A DNA stretch of 64,000 bases from Coniocarpon cinnabarinum (lineage: Eukaryota), in NCBI GenBank assembly GCA_051942205.1, contig JAVECO010000105.1, positions 1-64,000 of the forward strand. Reading direction: 5' to 3'. Positions 1 through 12,396 of the stretch are shown here, one piece after another. The notes under the pieces were generated by a model that saw nothing but the letters and a program-made list of their open reading frames with translations, was not told the DNA's origin and ran no database searches. A program made the translations under genes and the position numbers. Positions within the stretch are counted from its first letter, which is position 1. Every line of letters begins with the position of its first letter.

Positions 1-202
1 GGGGAACGAGCGTGAGAGTGGCTTCCGTGGTGTTTGTTTTTGGGGGAGGGGGCGCACTGGTGCTGAGGTGGGATGCTGACGCCGAGTAGATTGTGTGATT
101 TGCGGGGATGTCCGTTGGCTTGATGGGGACAAGAAGGGGGAGGGCAGTGGAGAAATGACACGAGAAGAACGAAAAATGACGTGAAAGAGTATGTACCGTC
201 AT
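1..202 (-). CDS. Possible 5' end (first exon plus intron) of a gene running off the left edge
   Basis: Minus strand reads caaaccATG ACG|GTACAT (good Kozak context, donor-like), followed by pyrimidine-rich sequence to the edge. Product unidentifiable. Confidence 0.25.
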   Translation of the reverse strand, partial: MTVHTLSRHFSFFSCHFSTALPLLVPIKPTDIPANHTIYSASASHLSTSAPPPPKTNTTEATLTLVP

Positions 203-734
203 GGTTTGCTTCGGTGGCATAGACAGCGGCAAAGATGAGTAGCACCAGGCAAGGAAAAGAGTCGATGGCATGTTGCAATGTCGGCAAAGTATGAGACGAG
301 GCCAGTAGAAAGCAAAAGTCACATAAGATGTCATTGAGGTGTGCGGACGTATTCGAGGTTCAGCCGTTTGCATCTCTCACGTTACGGTAATCGTAGCATC
401 AATGATAGACGCTTCCATGACTGATCAGTTTGACCATCGGAATCGCATGATCGGTGATGTTGTGGCAACGGAGGGACTAAAGCTGTCGGTTAGTTGCCAC
501 TGATTTGCTTGCATACTGTTGAGAGACCAACATGGGCGATACACCAATGCATGCACGCTCCTACAGATCGTCATGTGGAAATCTACAGTCCGGAACTTTC
601 TTCTGGCTGCGAAGAAGAAATGCACCGGAAAAGCAGCGAGCGGAGCATTTTTTGCAGCAGTGGTGTTGATGGCCTTGCGCCGTAGCGGGCTGAATGAGCT
701 CAAGGAAAGCCGCTGTGCTAGTGAAGTACCTCAT

Positions 735-2702
735 CTACTTATCCTTCAAGGCAGAGTTGCTGCCTTCCTGATTGTACTTCGCCATGAACGCCTCTCTGAC
801 TGGCCGAAGTCCACGGGGGTAAGCCGGATCCATTAGGTCCGCCCACCAATTCTGAGGCCTATTCTCATACTGTGCAAGTTCCAAGTCGCGAAGGAGCATA
901 TCGGTGTAGCCGACGACATCGTAATGCAAGTAGATGCCGCTTGCACCGTTGTTCAGGTATCGGCGTCTGTTCCAAGCGACCGTCCGGGCGACCTTCTCCT
1001 CAGCCTCTTCTCTGGGGGGTAAGCTGACAAGGCCATCCAGAAAGGCTGTTGCCCACAAAGCTTGAATCTCGGCTGGACGAAAGGCGTTTGGGACTTGTAT
1101 GCAGCCAACAAAGGCAATCGAGTGGCCATCGCGCTCCTCAACGGGTGCAATGAGATTGTACAATCGGTACGGAGTGAGTGTTCGCTCCGGCTTCTGGAAA
1201 GCTGGGATGGGTGGGTAGCGTAACATGGGAAAGTCATGCATGACTTTCTCGTCTTGTCGTGCTTCAAGCGTTCTCCAGTGAGGCTCGGCTTCAGCACTCG
1301 GATCGTGTGGCAGGCCCAGACGGATTGCTTCCTCCTGGTCAAAGACGAAATGCGCTTTCATCCAGCCCGTCCCACAAAGAATAGCATCTGATGGAATGCT
1401 GGTTCCGTCTTGCAGCCTTATTGCATGCTCGTCGAGCTGCTCAATGTCGCCACAATATACCTGTACATTCTTTTCGACTTCGGACCAGAAGTCCTCCAGC
1501 AAGATGAGACCAAGTGTGTCGTTAGCCCAGAAAACGCTTCGCCACACGTCAGTCAAGGTCATACACGAGATTTTCACATCTGAAGCTCACTTGACCGATG
1601 GCTTCAATAGCTCAAAGCCCTTCTCTCGATCTTTGTCATTCGCAAACACCGCCCGGCTTTTTGCCGTGGCAATAGACCACACTTTGCTCGCAGCCCACAT
1701 ACCCAGCCAGGTCCGTTGCACAAACCAGGTCCACCAGGTATTAGGAAGGAAAATCGAGGGAGACATCGAACCAAGAAAACGCGTTGCGGCCAGCTCTGCA
1801 GAATTCCTGTATTTCCCGCTGCCCTTGCCGCTCACGAACGCGGCTGGACCAGACCCAGATCGACGTATGAGCCAGTTGACCTGCTTGCCGGCTTTGATCG
1901 CCGCATAGACCATATCTGCGGCAGACTTGGCTCCGCCAATGACGGTGACGCTTTTAACCTTCTCCGAAGCAAGAACCTGAGAGCTTCCGAAAGCTTCTTG
2001 GTGGACAACGACGCCTTGATAGACCTCTCGCCCCGGTAAGGTGGGCATTTGCGGCACCGAGGTGAGCCCCGTCGCAACAAACAATTTTGATGAAGAGAGC
2101 GTATGTTGTTGTGAACGATGTGTGCCAAACACCTGCCATTTGCTTGCCCGTTTTTCGGCACGGTCGACCTTGAAATTGAGCCACAGTCGGTCCAGCATCG
2201 TTTTGCCGTCATATGTATGATCCTTCATGTATTCTTCCAAGTATTCAGTAACGTACTTCGCTTCCATGAACTCGTCGGAGGTGATGCCACGCTCAGGTGG
2301 CCGAGGCATCGGTTGATCAGAGAACTCAGCCATTCCCAGGCCAATCTGCGACCAGAATGTGTCGTAAAGGCGTCCTGCCCGGGGTCAGCTATAAGGACAT
2401 CCAAGGTCGCACAGGCATGCAAAGATGCGTACGAGAGTTCCATGACCCGCCGAGGCAGGTGTCTGCGTCGAGTATCAACAGGTGACATCTCGGATGGGCG
2501 TCGAGATAGGTCTTCGCGGCTGCTATGCCAAAAATGCCTGTGTTCGCTGTGAGCCTTGTGCACTGGTGGAACAGAAGAGAGTGGGTATGGTGAAGGAAGC
2601 AAGTTTTAGCGTCCCAATTTAGGTAAAGTGTGTGGAAGGGGTCAACAAGGATTCACCTGCCCCTATCACCACGGCATCGTATACTTCGCTCGTTTCCGCC
2701 AT
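735..2702 (-). CDS. Flavin-containing monooxygenase (FMO-like, class B flavoprotein monooxygenase), multi-exon
   Basis: Spliced N-terminus MAETSEVYDAVVIGAG|IFGIAAAK is the FAD GxGxxG motif; also LGGSW, ATG motif, FMO fingerprint YQGVVVHQEAF, NADPH motif VIGGAKSAAD and DAILCGTGW. GT-AG introns join the ORF pieces. Confidence 0.9.
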
Positions 2703-3237
2703 GCGCGCACTCATGAATGCTCAGAGGAACGTGCCTAGACTCAACACAGGGACGCGATTCAATTGGCAGCGATTATGTGCGATTCGCTATCGGCGGTCAA
2801 ACACGCAGACACAACGCGGTCCGCATCTTAGGCAAGAAATCAGGGTGAAGTGCGAGGTCGCGGAATGGGTCGCTTACTGAAACTCTAATTTTAGTATTCA
2901 TGAGCTCTCTGGCATTTCTCTGCGACTTGTGCCCAGCAGCCGGTCAGTCTACGCTGTCTTATCACTATCATTCAAGGTTTGAGGGGTTGTTTGGTTTCAC
3001 CAGCCCTTCGTCCACTGTCCGCAGGACTCATGAGTCCAGCCGTTGGCTATTCGCGGGCGAACTGTGGGAAGACTTGACGTCTCTACATCTAACCTAAACT
3101 TGCAATCAATCTTGAAAATAAGCTGATTTCGTATCTGTGTATACGTCGCCCGGTGGAGATAAGATCATTCTTCCAAATAGAAATAATTCGACGACAAGAT
3201 GCCCAAGAGAGAAACGCTTCCAAGGAGAGACGTCACA

Positions 3238-4071
3238 TCAGGACGCAGAAGCGCTCATAAAAAACATTACTAGGTGATTGCAAGGTGTCGGCCCTTTGAG
3301 TTCGAAACAATCGTGCAATATAACAATCGAAATTGATGAAAGTTCTTTTCCATAGCTCGCTTGTAGAGCTTTGAGTGTATTAGGTACTGTCAAAGGTTCA
3401 GGAATGACATCAGCGTCATGCTGAAGGGTTTCACTTAGCATTAATCATCTTGATTTGCTAGGCTTCTGGTGCCGTATTGAATATGATTGCATAGTCGCTA
3501 CATTGACACGGTCTGCATTGTTCTCGACACTCACCCAAAAGAAAAAAAAGAAGGATGAGATCATACAAGGAAGCATTAGCACGCTATTGCACGTAGTCAA
3601 TACCAATTCCATAACTTTCCTCATTCCAGTGGATTTGAACATGAAACCATGAGATTGTAGAGTGGAGGGCCCAAGCTCCAGCCGCAGCAAGTCTATTAAC
3701 TTCTATCAAGAAATTATGTTGTTGTGAATCATGCGAAGGAACTCACTTCGATCAGCAACTTATGACCAAACGATGCTTATCCTTCCACATAATCTTCGAA
3801 AAGGTGTTTGCCATGAGGTAGTGAGAATGGAGATTGACATCTGTTTTGTGCGCATCAAAACTTGAGAAGAAACAAAGAGCATAGCCAAGAATACAACTAA
3901 GGATCCCAGTGAAAGAAAGGTGAGATATTTCCAGGAGCAGTCCAAGTGTCTATCAGAATGCCTTCTTGTTGTTTCGCCAAGCGACAGGCGAGTATACTTT
4001 CTCTCTAGTATGCATCTTGTCGTATCGGGGAAAGGCCTGGATGCCTCTGTACTGTGTTTCGATGGGCACGG
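3238..4071 (-). pseudogene. Decayed AT-rich reading frame of unknown family
   Basis: ORFs 3760..3945, 3445..3690 and 3238..3441 share one frame. About 277 codons carry 4 internal stops, two of them inside a candidate 54-nt GTGAGT..TAG intron (3693-3746). Confidence 0.4.
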
Positions 4072-4384
4072 CTATAACATACCTAACGCTGGCTGCTATG
4101 CTGTGGCAGCTATCAGGTGTGGGTTTAGCTCACTACACCATGCGCTGCCAATCAGTGTGACTATCGGAGCAAGAAAGGCTTGAAATCCAGTCACCAAAGA
4201 GAAGGCTCCCATGTCACGCATTACCAACAAATACCCAAAACCTGCGCGTCATATTCACAGGGGTGAGTGATATCAGTCATGGTATTGAAAAGGGTATCTA
4301 GGTCCAGTAACACTCTCGAAAAGGAGTGACAATCAACGAACTACCTCATCAACTCCGCCATGCACTCGCGATTTCAAGTCGTTT

Positions 4385-7155
4385 CTAAACCTCCACAGCC
4401 TCCTGAAGCGCCGGGTCGTTCATCGCCGGTCCCTCCAAATCAACCCGCTGCACGGCTCCTCGAACCTCCGTACTCTCTCTCACCAAATTGCTGAAATACT
4501 TCTTGGCGACTTCTGATTCCGTGCGGATCTTGCCAGTCTCTTCCCGCTTTGTCTGAAGCTGCTCTAGATTGCGTTGTAGACCCACACGCAGGTTGTCGGC
4601 GGGTATCTTGAGCGCGCGTCGGGCTTCGGAGCTGATTCGCAAAGAATTTGCATGCACGAAGTCGATGGCTGAGAGCTGTGTTGCTACCTTTTGAGAAAGT
4701 CGTCGAGGGAGCGATTGCGGTATAGCGGATACCGCGTAGGATATGGCGAATATCACTGGAAAATGTCACGTTAGCATGTTTCTTCGCGGATACGTGACTG
4801 CGCAAACAACTCACCAGATCCGATAAGGCATGGTACAACGAGGCGGCCCATGCCTCGCGTTCCTAATACTTTTGCCATGCCTAAGGCTCCATCCACCCAA
4901 CCTACACCGCCCACCATGCGTGTGCCCAGGACCCCTGCCACAGTGACGGCCATTCCCGTTCCTGCGACTTTTTCCTGTCGATCCCACAAGCTCGCAAAGT
5001 CGAAGAAGTCCCAGAAATCTATCTCGACGTCGACCTGCCGAGCCAGCGCATCTTTGCGTCGTCGAAGCATCTTGTCTCCTTGAAAGATGAGAGGTTCGTA
5101 CACATCTCCGAGGTGCAACAGTCCGAGGTTGCGTATTGCATTGCACCCTTCACCTGTCTTCACCCGTGCGTATTCCTCGCAGTTGTTCACAGTCAGTGAA
5201 ACCTCGTCAAGCATGGCTGAGACGACATCGTCCGCGAAATGATATGCGTCGAACAGACCCGGATATACAACGCCAAGATCTCGCTGTGACACGTCGGAGA
5301 TTGTCTCATTCAAGGTGTTGCGAGTGTGGTCGTAGATGTCCGTAGCAGTGTCTTCGCTGACTTGATCAAGGCTGTCGCTGGCATCATTGCGTGCATGCTT
5401 TGACTTGTCCAGTACTGGCTCGAGCTCATGTATCTCTCTCGCAACACGATCCAGCTCAGCCTGCGCCATGTCTCGATTGACCATCGCCAGGCTGCGAATG
5501 TCTTCTAGGAGATTGAGAAGATATGTCCGAGCTGGTGCAAGCTTGGTTCGCGCTCGTTTCTCCAATACAAACCTTCTCAGTGACGCTTCAAGCACTTCGA
5601 AGTCCCGCATTTGTTCTCGTTGCTTTCCTTTGCCTTTGTCTGACGGGTCGTCGTCATCGTCGTCATCGCCCGGGTCGCCGCTTGGGCCTGAGCCGCCTGA
5701 TGCGCTGCCGGATGATGAACCACCCGGAGCTTCGACGTCCCCAACGGAAGACACAGGTACCACGTTGCTTGACACAAAATGTACCAGATCTTCGGATTCT
5801 TTAAATGTAGCTGGGCTGAGATTGGTCAATTGCTTGAGGATGAGCTCTTGACAACGATCCTTGTTCTTGACTGTGTTGAAATTATTCACCACCATAAACA
5901 TGTATTCTTTTTCTCTCGCCGCATTGAAGATGAACTCTTGAGCCGACTGTGTGAAGTGATTCATGGCATGGACGACAAACACAACGACGTCGATCTCCTC
6001 TTGGCGTGCGAAAACCGCAGTCGTCTTGATGGAATCGCTGTTCAATCCCGGAGCGTCAATGAGAGCAATGTCGAGAACGCCGTTGTTGAGAAGCGATTCT
6101 TCGACGTTTCGCACGTCCCTGATGTATACTTTGCACTGACCATAATGGCCATTGTCTATGACTATCCTCTCCAGCTTGCTGAGCGGAAAGACATCGTAAG
6201 TGCGCTCATCATTGCGATCATACGTTGAGCCCAGGGGGATGGCATGGACTTCTTCAACACCTCCGTTAAAGCCCACGTCGAGCACCTCGCAAAAGATACT
6301 GGTGCAAGGCTGATCGTCTTCGGGCAAAATCTTCCTTCGCAAAAGAGCGTTGCAAAATGTGGATTTCCCAGCATTGAGATCACCGGTGACCAGGACCTTG
6401 CTAGAGGTATCCTCGATCCGATCACGCAATAGCGAGAGATGCCGTGCGCTCTTGCTGATCTGACCATCAAGAAGCTGTGCCAGAGCCTTTGAGTCTTTTC
6501 GCATCGAATGGATTATTTCGGTCTGCGCCAAACCATCCATTTTGAGATCGATCTTGAGCACGGAAAAGTCACGAGCCAGTTGGGGCGTCACCAATCTGGG
6601 CTCGGGAATTGATGCTTGGCTCGCTTGCCTGCTAGATTCTGCATTTTCCTGGTCATCACCAGCAAAAGTCTCTGCTCTTCGAGGCGGTAAAGGTCTTGTT
6701 GTGGATGATACAGGGCTTCGTGGGGACCGTTGAACACCATGTGACTGGGTATGTTGTATGCCAGGTCGTGTTTCGATGTGTGATGGTAAGGAGCGGGGCG
6801 GAGGCTGTGTCGTAGGATAATGTGCAGGCCATTGCTGATTGTATTCTTGCAATCGCCGAAGAGAATCGAGCGTTCGCGTTATGGCTCGTCCGAGTGCGGT
6901 GCGATTGTGGTTGTAATGGAGCTGATGAACGTGACTTGCGACGGCGCGTTGACCTTCTGAGCCTCTTGGAATTGGCCTGTCCTCCATGTGCTCGGCGAAA
7001 CCGTCTGCAAGACTGCCATAGCCTGAGTCATTGTCGATCAGCGCCTGAAGCTTGCTGGCCGACTCCGATGGAGCATTGGAGCCAACGGTCATGTACGACG
7101 GACGTCCCGGCGGCGCTGACGCGGTATCTTTTCCCTCGGACTTTGAGTTGCTCAT
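4385..7155 (-). CDS. fzo1: Mitofusin, mitochondrial transmembrane GTPase Fzo1
   Basis: Dynamin-like GTPase motifs VTGDLNAGKST, DDQPCT and LIDAPGLN, then QEEIDVVVFVV; C-terminal TM region and heptad repeat. Intron 4757-4814. Confidence 0.95.
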
Positions 7156-7503
7156 GTTGAGTCTGCGATTATCTAGAGTGATTTGATTGGCGTTCGAGAC
7201 GGGCTTTGTGGGCCATGATAAAGAGCACGGTGGCGCGTTGTCGTCTTAGCACATTGATGGCCAAAGAAATCTAATGCGAGCCCTTTGCTGGCGTAATGCG
7301 ATGTCCATCTCGCAAATTGTGGCACTCCATGGCGCTAGTGCAGCCTAGTTTATTGCATGTGAAAATGATGCCGTGTTCCTAGGCGTGAAGCGAGCGTTGA
7401 GAGCAACTGTTTGCCGTGATAAGTCTGCGTTGTCTCTTTGGTCGCGTCAAGAAACAATTGAATAGTACGACTCTCTTTGACTGATCTAGTCTGTCTCCCA
7501 AAT

Positions 7504-8343
7504 ATGAATGTCAGTCCTGAACGTTTACGTCCATCGGAGGTCTGCGCCTAACAACTTTGCAGATCGTCGAATGGGCCTTCGGCAGGCGCATGACGCCAGC
7601 AGAACGTCTGAGAAAACATCAACGAGCTCTAGAGAAAACGCAACGCGAATTAGATCGCGAACGCACCAAGCTCGAAAATGTGCGTCCCGGCCGCGTCGCA
7701 GCAATGTGTTGAGTGAAGCAATCGCTGACGGGAAATCAGCAAGAGAAGAAGCTGGTCGCAGACATCAAGAAGAGTGCAAAGAATGGCAACATGGGCCCAT
7801 TACGGATACAAGCCAAGGACCTCGTGCGAACGAGAAGATATATTAGCAAGTTCTATCAGATGCGAACACAGCTTGTACGACCCCAGTGTTGTATTGCCTG
7901 CCTTCGCGCTGACTGCTAAATAGCAAGCGATCTCCCTGCGCATACAGACAGTGCGGTCCAACGAACAAATGATGCAGTCCATGAAAGGCGCGACCTCATT
8001 ACTGGGCAGCATGAACAAACAAATGAATCTTCCCGCCCTCCAGCGAATAGCCATGGAGTTCGAAAAGGAGAATGATATCATGGACCAGCGAGAGGAGATG
8101 ATGAGCGACGCGGTCGACGACGCGATCGGTGAAGATGAGGAAGAAGAGACGGAGGAAGTCGTGGACCAAGTCCTCAACCAGCTCGGCGTCGAGCTCAATC
8201 AAGAGCTCAAAGATGCACCTGACGCCATACAGTCACCACAGGCAAACAACAGAGTGGCTGAAGCTATCGGTGGAGATGGTGGTACGGGTGGAGCAGGCGA
8301 CGATGATGACTTGCAAGCACGGCTGGACAATTTGCGTAAATGA
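7504..8343 (+). CDS. vps2: ESCRT-III subunit Vps2/Did4 (CHMP2A), three introns
   Basis: Spliced product MN|IVEWAFGRRMTPAERLRKHQRALEKTQRELDRER...; Snf7-family acidic C-terminus ending in the MIM1 motif DDLQARLDNLRK. Confidence 0.95.
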
Positions 8344-8981
8344 ATGATACACGCTACGAATCATGAAGGTATGTGTAACGATAAGCGCGAATGCGAATCT
8401 CTGTCGACTGCTTGCGGCAATAATCGGTCTGCTGTTTTGCAGCAGGACAGCCTCTATCACGATGTCTACTTGCGTATCTTCTCTCCGGCCAGCATAGGCT
8501 CTGCGAGACCCTCTAGCATCTCATTCTTGGATTCCAATGTTGATTGATATGTATACCTAGAAGCAGACACATAAGGCGAACAGAAGACCCAGTCGCCTGT
8601 CTTACTAAGGGGTGCGGCTCAGCTAAGCGTTGGAATTTTCTTGCGTTGCAGGGGGCCTTGTCACGAAAGACTTTGCCACGGAGGATTTTCGATGGAGTAA
8701 TTGAGAGCTGATGCAGTGACCATTTCAGAACTGATGCTACGGCAGGGAACACCTTAACTCAGGTCGTAACATCATTCTCAAATTCTAGTCATAGATTTAC
8801 ACGTCCATCGAGCCGGTCGAGGACCCACAACCCATGTCAATTCGTGCAACGAGTGGCTTTGGGGGTATCGCGGGAGAGCCTGTAATGCTTCGGCGTTGCT
8901 GTTGCTAGCAAGTCAGAAGCTGTTCACTGAAGGATTGACATTCGAACGTACCGCGCAACGCTCCTTTGGAGCAGACCTCGA

Positions 8982-9279
8982 TCAACACAACCAAGTGAGG
9001 CAGAAAAAGCCTACAATGGGTCCAGTGATGCAGCCAACAAGTGGGACTTCATGAGCTTTCTAATAGCATATATTAGCGCTGGAAAAGTCGCTGCTGAGAA
9101 GTCTGTTCAAGCTCCGTCGATGAACTCACATTTCGGCAACCGCGGCGAAAGCCCTCTTGGGCACCATTGATCTTGTTACCGGCTCTGGAGACGTCTCCAC
9201 CGACCTCCTCCTTACCCTCCCTGCCAAGGGACTGGGCCTGCCCGGAGAGGTCGTCGTTGTTGTTGTTGTTTCGCGACAT
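8982..9279 (-). CDS. Small hypothetical protein (about 75 aa), one intron
   Basis: caccaATG start; GTGAGT donor at 9129 and GCTAAT..TAG acceptor at 9060. Exon 2 reads KAHEVPLVGCITGPIVGFFCLTWLC*. The 3' end could be spliced further. Confidence 0.5.
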
Positions 9280-12200
9280 TGGTGCTGATGATTGATTCGA
9301 GCAGGAGATATAGACAAGGTTTTTTTGATTCGACTTATGGGATTGTTGCTTGTGTTTGAGTCAAAGCAGATTGCTTGTAAAGCTGCTGATCGGGAGCTTA
9401 TATCAGACCACATGCTGAGGACAACTTTACAGAGCAGCATGACAGAAATCTGAGAACACGTCTCAAAATACTGATACACGGCCATGGCGGGCGGTCACGT
9501 CATCTCACAGCACTGCGAATGTGCAAACGATTGTGTGAATGTGGCTAGCAAGCGGCTCGCAGCTGTCTGAGAACTATGTTGGTGGGTGGCCTCTGATGGA
9601 CAGCAGGTTCCACCTGTGCAGGTTGCAGGAGTGAGGCACAGTGCCAAGGTGCAAGTCATGCAGGTCAGCGGTGAATTAGATCGTGCTGCCGAGATGTCTC
9701 GACAGTGTATACCAGCATAGCGCCGCCATTGAATGGGTATTGGAACTCCATGCTGGAAACTTTCCGTGCAACGAAGACTCTTGAGCAAACAGCAGAATGT
9801 CCAACGTGGCTCTCTACAGTGCCACTTGCAAAACATGGGCTGGGTTCAATCAGAGGGCGGCTAGCATGGGCTGGCCGAGTCCAAGCAGAAGAAACGTATT
9901 CATGTTAACTCAGATTCGTATGGTTCGGTGGTGAGATTCCACAGACCAACAAGTACTTCGATTCCCCAGTGAGACGGCATCAAGCGCTCTCGAGGCGTGG
10001 ATGCGTGTAGCGGATCAGCTGGCAATTGGGATGAAGATGTAAGCGAGTACCGTGTATCCAACCAAACTGGCTCAGCGCAATAATGGTAGGATACGTAGGG
10101 TTGCGAGAACGACATGCGCGAGCTCAACGGCGGGCTTTGTTGACACATCTCTACACGAGCTTTCTTAAATATCACGCCGTAAGCAGATCTGGAGCGTTAC
10201 GAGGCGAGCAGGCGAGTTTCAGGATGTGCTCATCCGCTTTGGCGTCCACGTAAGATCTCGGGTTAAGTTTCGAACGGCAGAGCGCTGCCAGCCGGCAATC
10301 CACCATTGGCTCGAACATGATGACCAAACACCAGATCCGTTTCATAAAGGCGAGCATCGCCTTCGAGACATGTTTCTTCTTCTGTTCATTTGCACTTTAA
10401 AGAGGTCCATGATCGTGCTGACGCGAAGAGCTCCATGCACAACGCTTGCATCGTCCGTCGTAGGCAGGACAGAGTGAACAAGTAGAATATCAGAGTTAGA
10501 TCAGACACCGTTTCGCTACGAGGGTCTCCAGAAGGGCCACAGCTGGGGGCGGTGAGACGGGTTGAAACTCAATGAAGCACGTGACAATGCGGTGCTGCAA
10601 TGAGTAAAGCCAGACTGCAATGTCCGCTGATTCTTCACCCAGGACTAAAGCTAGACTGCAAGTCACTGCAACACACCTACTGCGCCTCACTTTTCGAAGG
10701 CCCTTTAGTCCTTGCGCTGCTTCCATGCATCAGTCTGTCGCATGGGCCACCTCGGTCACACCACAATCACATGAAGCACAACCGTCAAAGTCAATGTTGC
10801 TAATAAATGCTGCCTGATTTAGCATTCCGTAGTACTTATCCTCGACCGATGCTGATCATACTACGACTATGCTCTGGCCACGGCGTAGCTTGTGATTTTC
10901 ACGCTCATGACGCTCTCAAAGAAAGTGTTGCGTGATCCATGAACATACGTAGAACACTTGATTGAGCTTTGCCTTCGAGATACGTAGAGCGTCACAATCG
11001 AGCTTTGTGAATGATTAGATCCTCCATGATGATGACGTTTATCCAGAGTCGAGTTCACCTCGGGGCGGCTGCCTTGACATCTGCTCGATACTGAAGCGTA
11101 CTGAAGCCGTCATCTCGCCGACCCTCAAGGTAGCGCATGGCAGTGTCGCCGCTGAAAGTCGTATGGGAGCCTCACATCACACTCAACCGAGGACTTGCGA
11201 ATAGAAGCGTGACTGGCAAAGCCGTCTTGCCCAGAGACTGCAGATGAGCAGTGCTTGAGAAGAGCGCGGCATAATGTGCGCGGCTGATATGTTGCGTACA
11301 AGCTCCCCTCGTCTGGGTGGTTGTCGCCAGCAGGGGCAATTGACTTTTCTCTGACACCTCTCTACTCGTCAATCGACCTGACCTTGTGCGTGGCGTCCCT
11401 CATGGCTCGGGGGTCCAGCTGCTGGAGGAAGAGTGGAGGTGGTCAACTGGTGGTAATGGTAGAAGATGACGTCGCCGGCACCTGACTCTTGACTCGCGCA
11501 TCCTGGGGCAACTGGAACCTCCGCACTTCAAGTTCACTCACAGTCCTGACCAGCGCCCAAGGCACCACTCCACTCCCACTCGAGCTTCACGCCCATTGAT
11601 TATGTCTTGAGACGCGCTCTTACATCCGTCGCCCTCATCGCCCGGTCTTCCGTGTTGCCAGTTCCCTGGACCTTGTGAAAGCTATTCCAAGACTCGGTAC
11701 GTAGAGTCCCTCTCTTTATCGTGGGGCTGCCAGGTCCGAGCACCTTCCATATCACCTGCCCCAGCCTCTTGCGTGCGCCCTCCACATTAGATATACGCGT
11801 CTTACCTGACATGGCGCTCCTTACAACACCTTGACTAGATACACGAGCTGACAAGTGCATGTCGCAGTTGTTTCAACGCGCGTTCGCTTCTCGGGTCTAC
11901 TCATTGCTTAGGCGGGTCGTCCGAACTCTGCTCCACATCATCCTCCAGCATCTTGCCCGCCCGTAGCACACGACCTCGTGCAATCGATTGCATTTTGCTC
12001 TTCAAGCGCGGAGTCAAATCTCAAGAGCAGCAATGGTCTAGCGCACTGCATCATTACCGCAATAAGTGAGGCATCATCTATAACAACCCCTCAACACCCC
12101 GCCGATGTCCCGCACCTCCGTGTGCTACTATCTGATCGCTGTGCGCGACCTCCACTCGCTCTGTGTCACTTTCTATCCATCTACGTTATGACCTTGCTCT

Positions 12201-12396
12201 TGGGCTGAAAGACTATTGGATCGCTAACTAGAGATTCTGCAGCGAGCTGTTATCACCGGTTTGAAAGCCTTTGTCTCATCTTCACAGATCATCGCAACCT
12301 CTGCCACTTCCTCGCAGCCACAAAGCCCTGGACTCGACCAATCTGGCGGGCGACAAACGTCGTAGCACCTCCAACGGGGGTGGCTTGCTCAACCGG

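Noticed and set aside
2538..2656. Possible stwintron in the first FMO intron (internal CCAG|TGCAC)
   Set aside because: The external intron would be about 26 nt and would break the reading frame.
3238..4183. Mitovirus or NUMT reading with TGA as Trp
   Set aside because: TGA-dominated stops are expected in this shadow frame, a TAG remains, and no RdRp or mitochondrial motif is visible.
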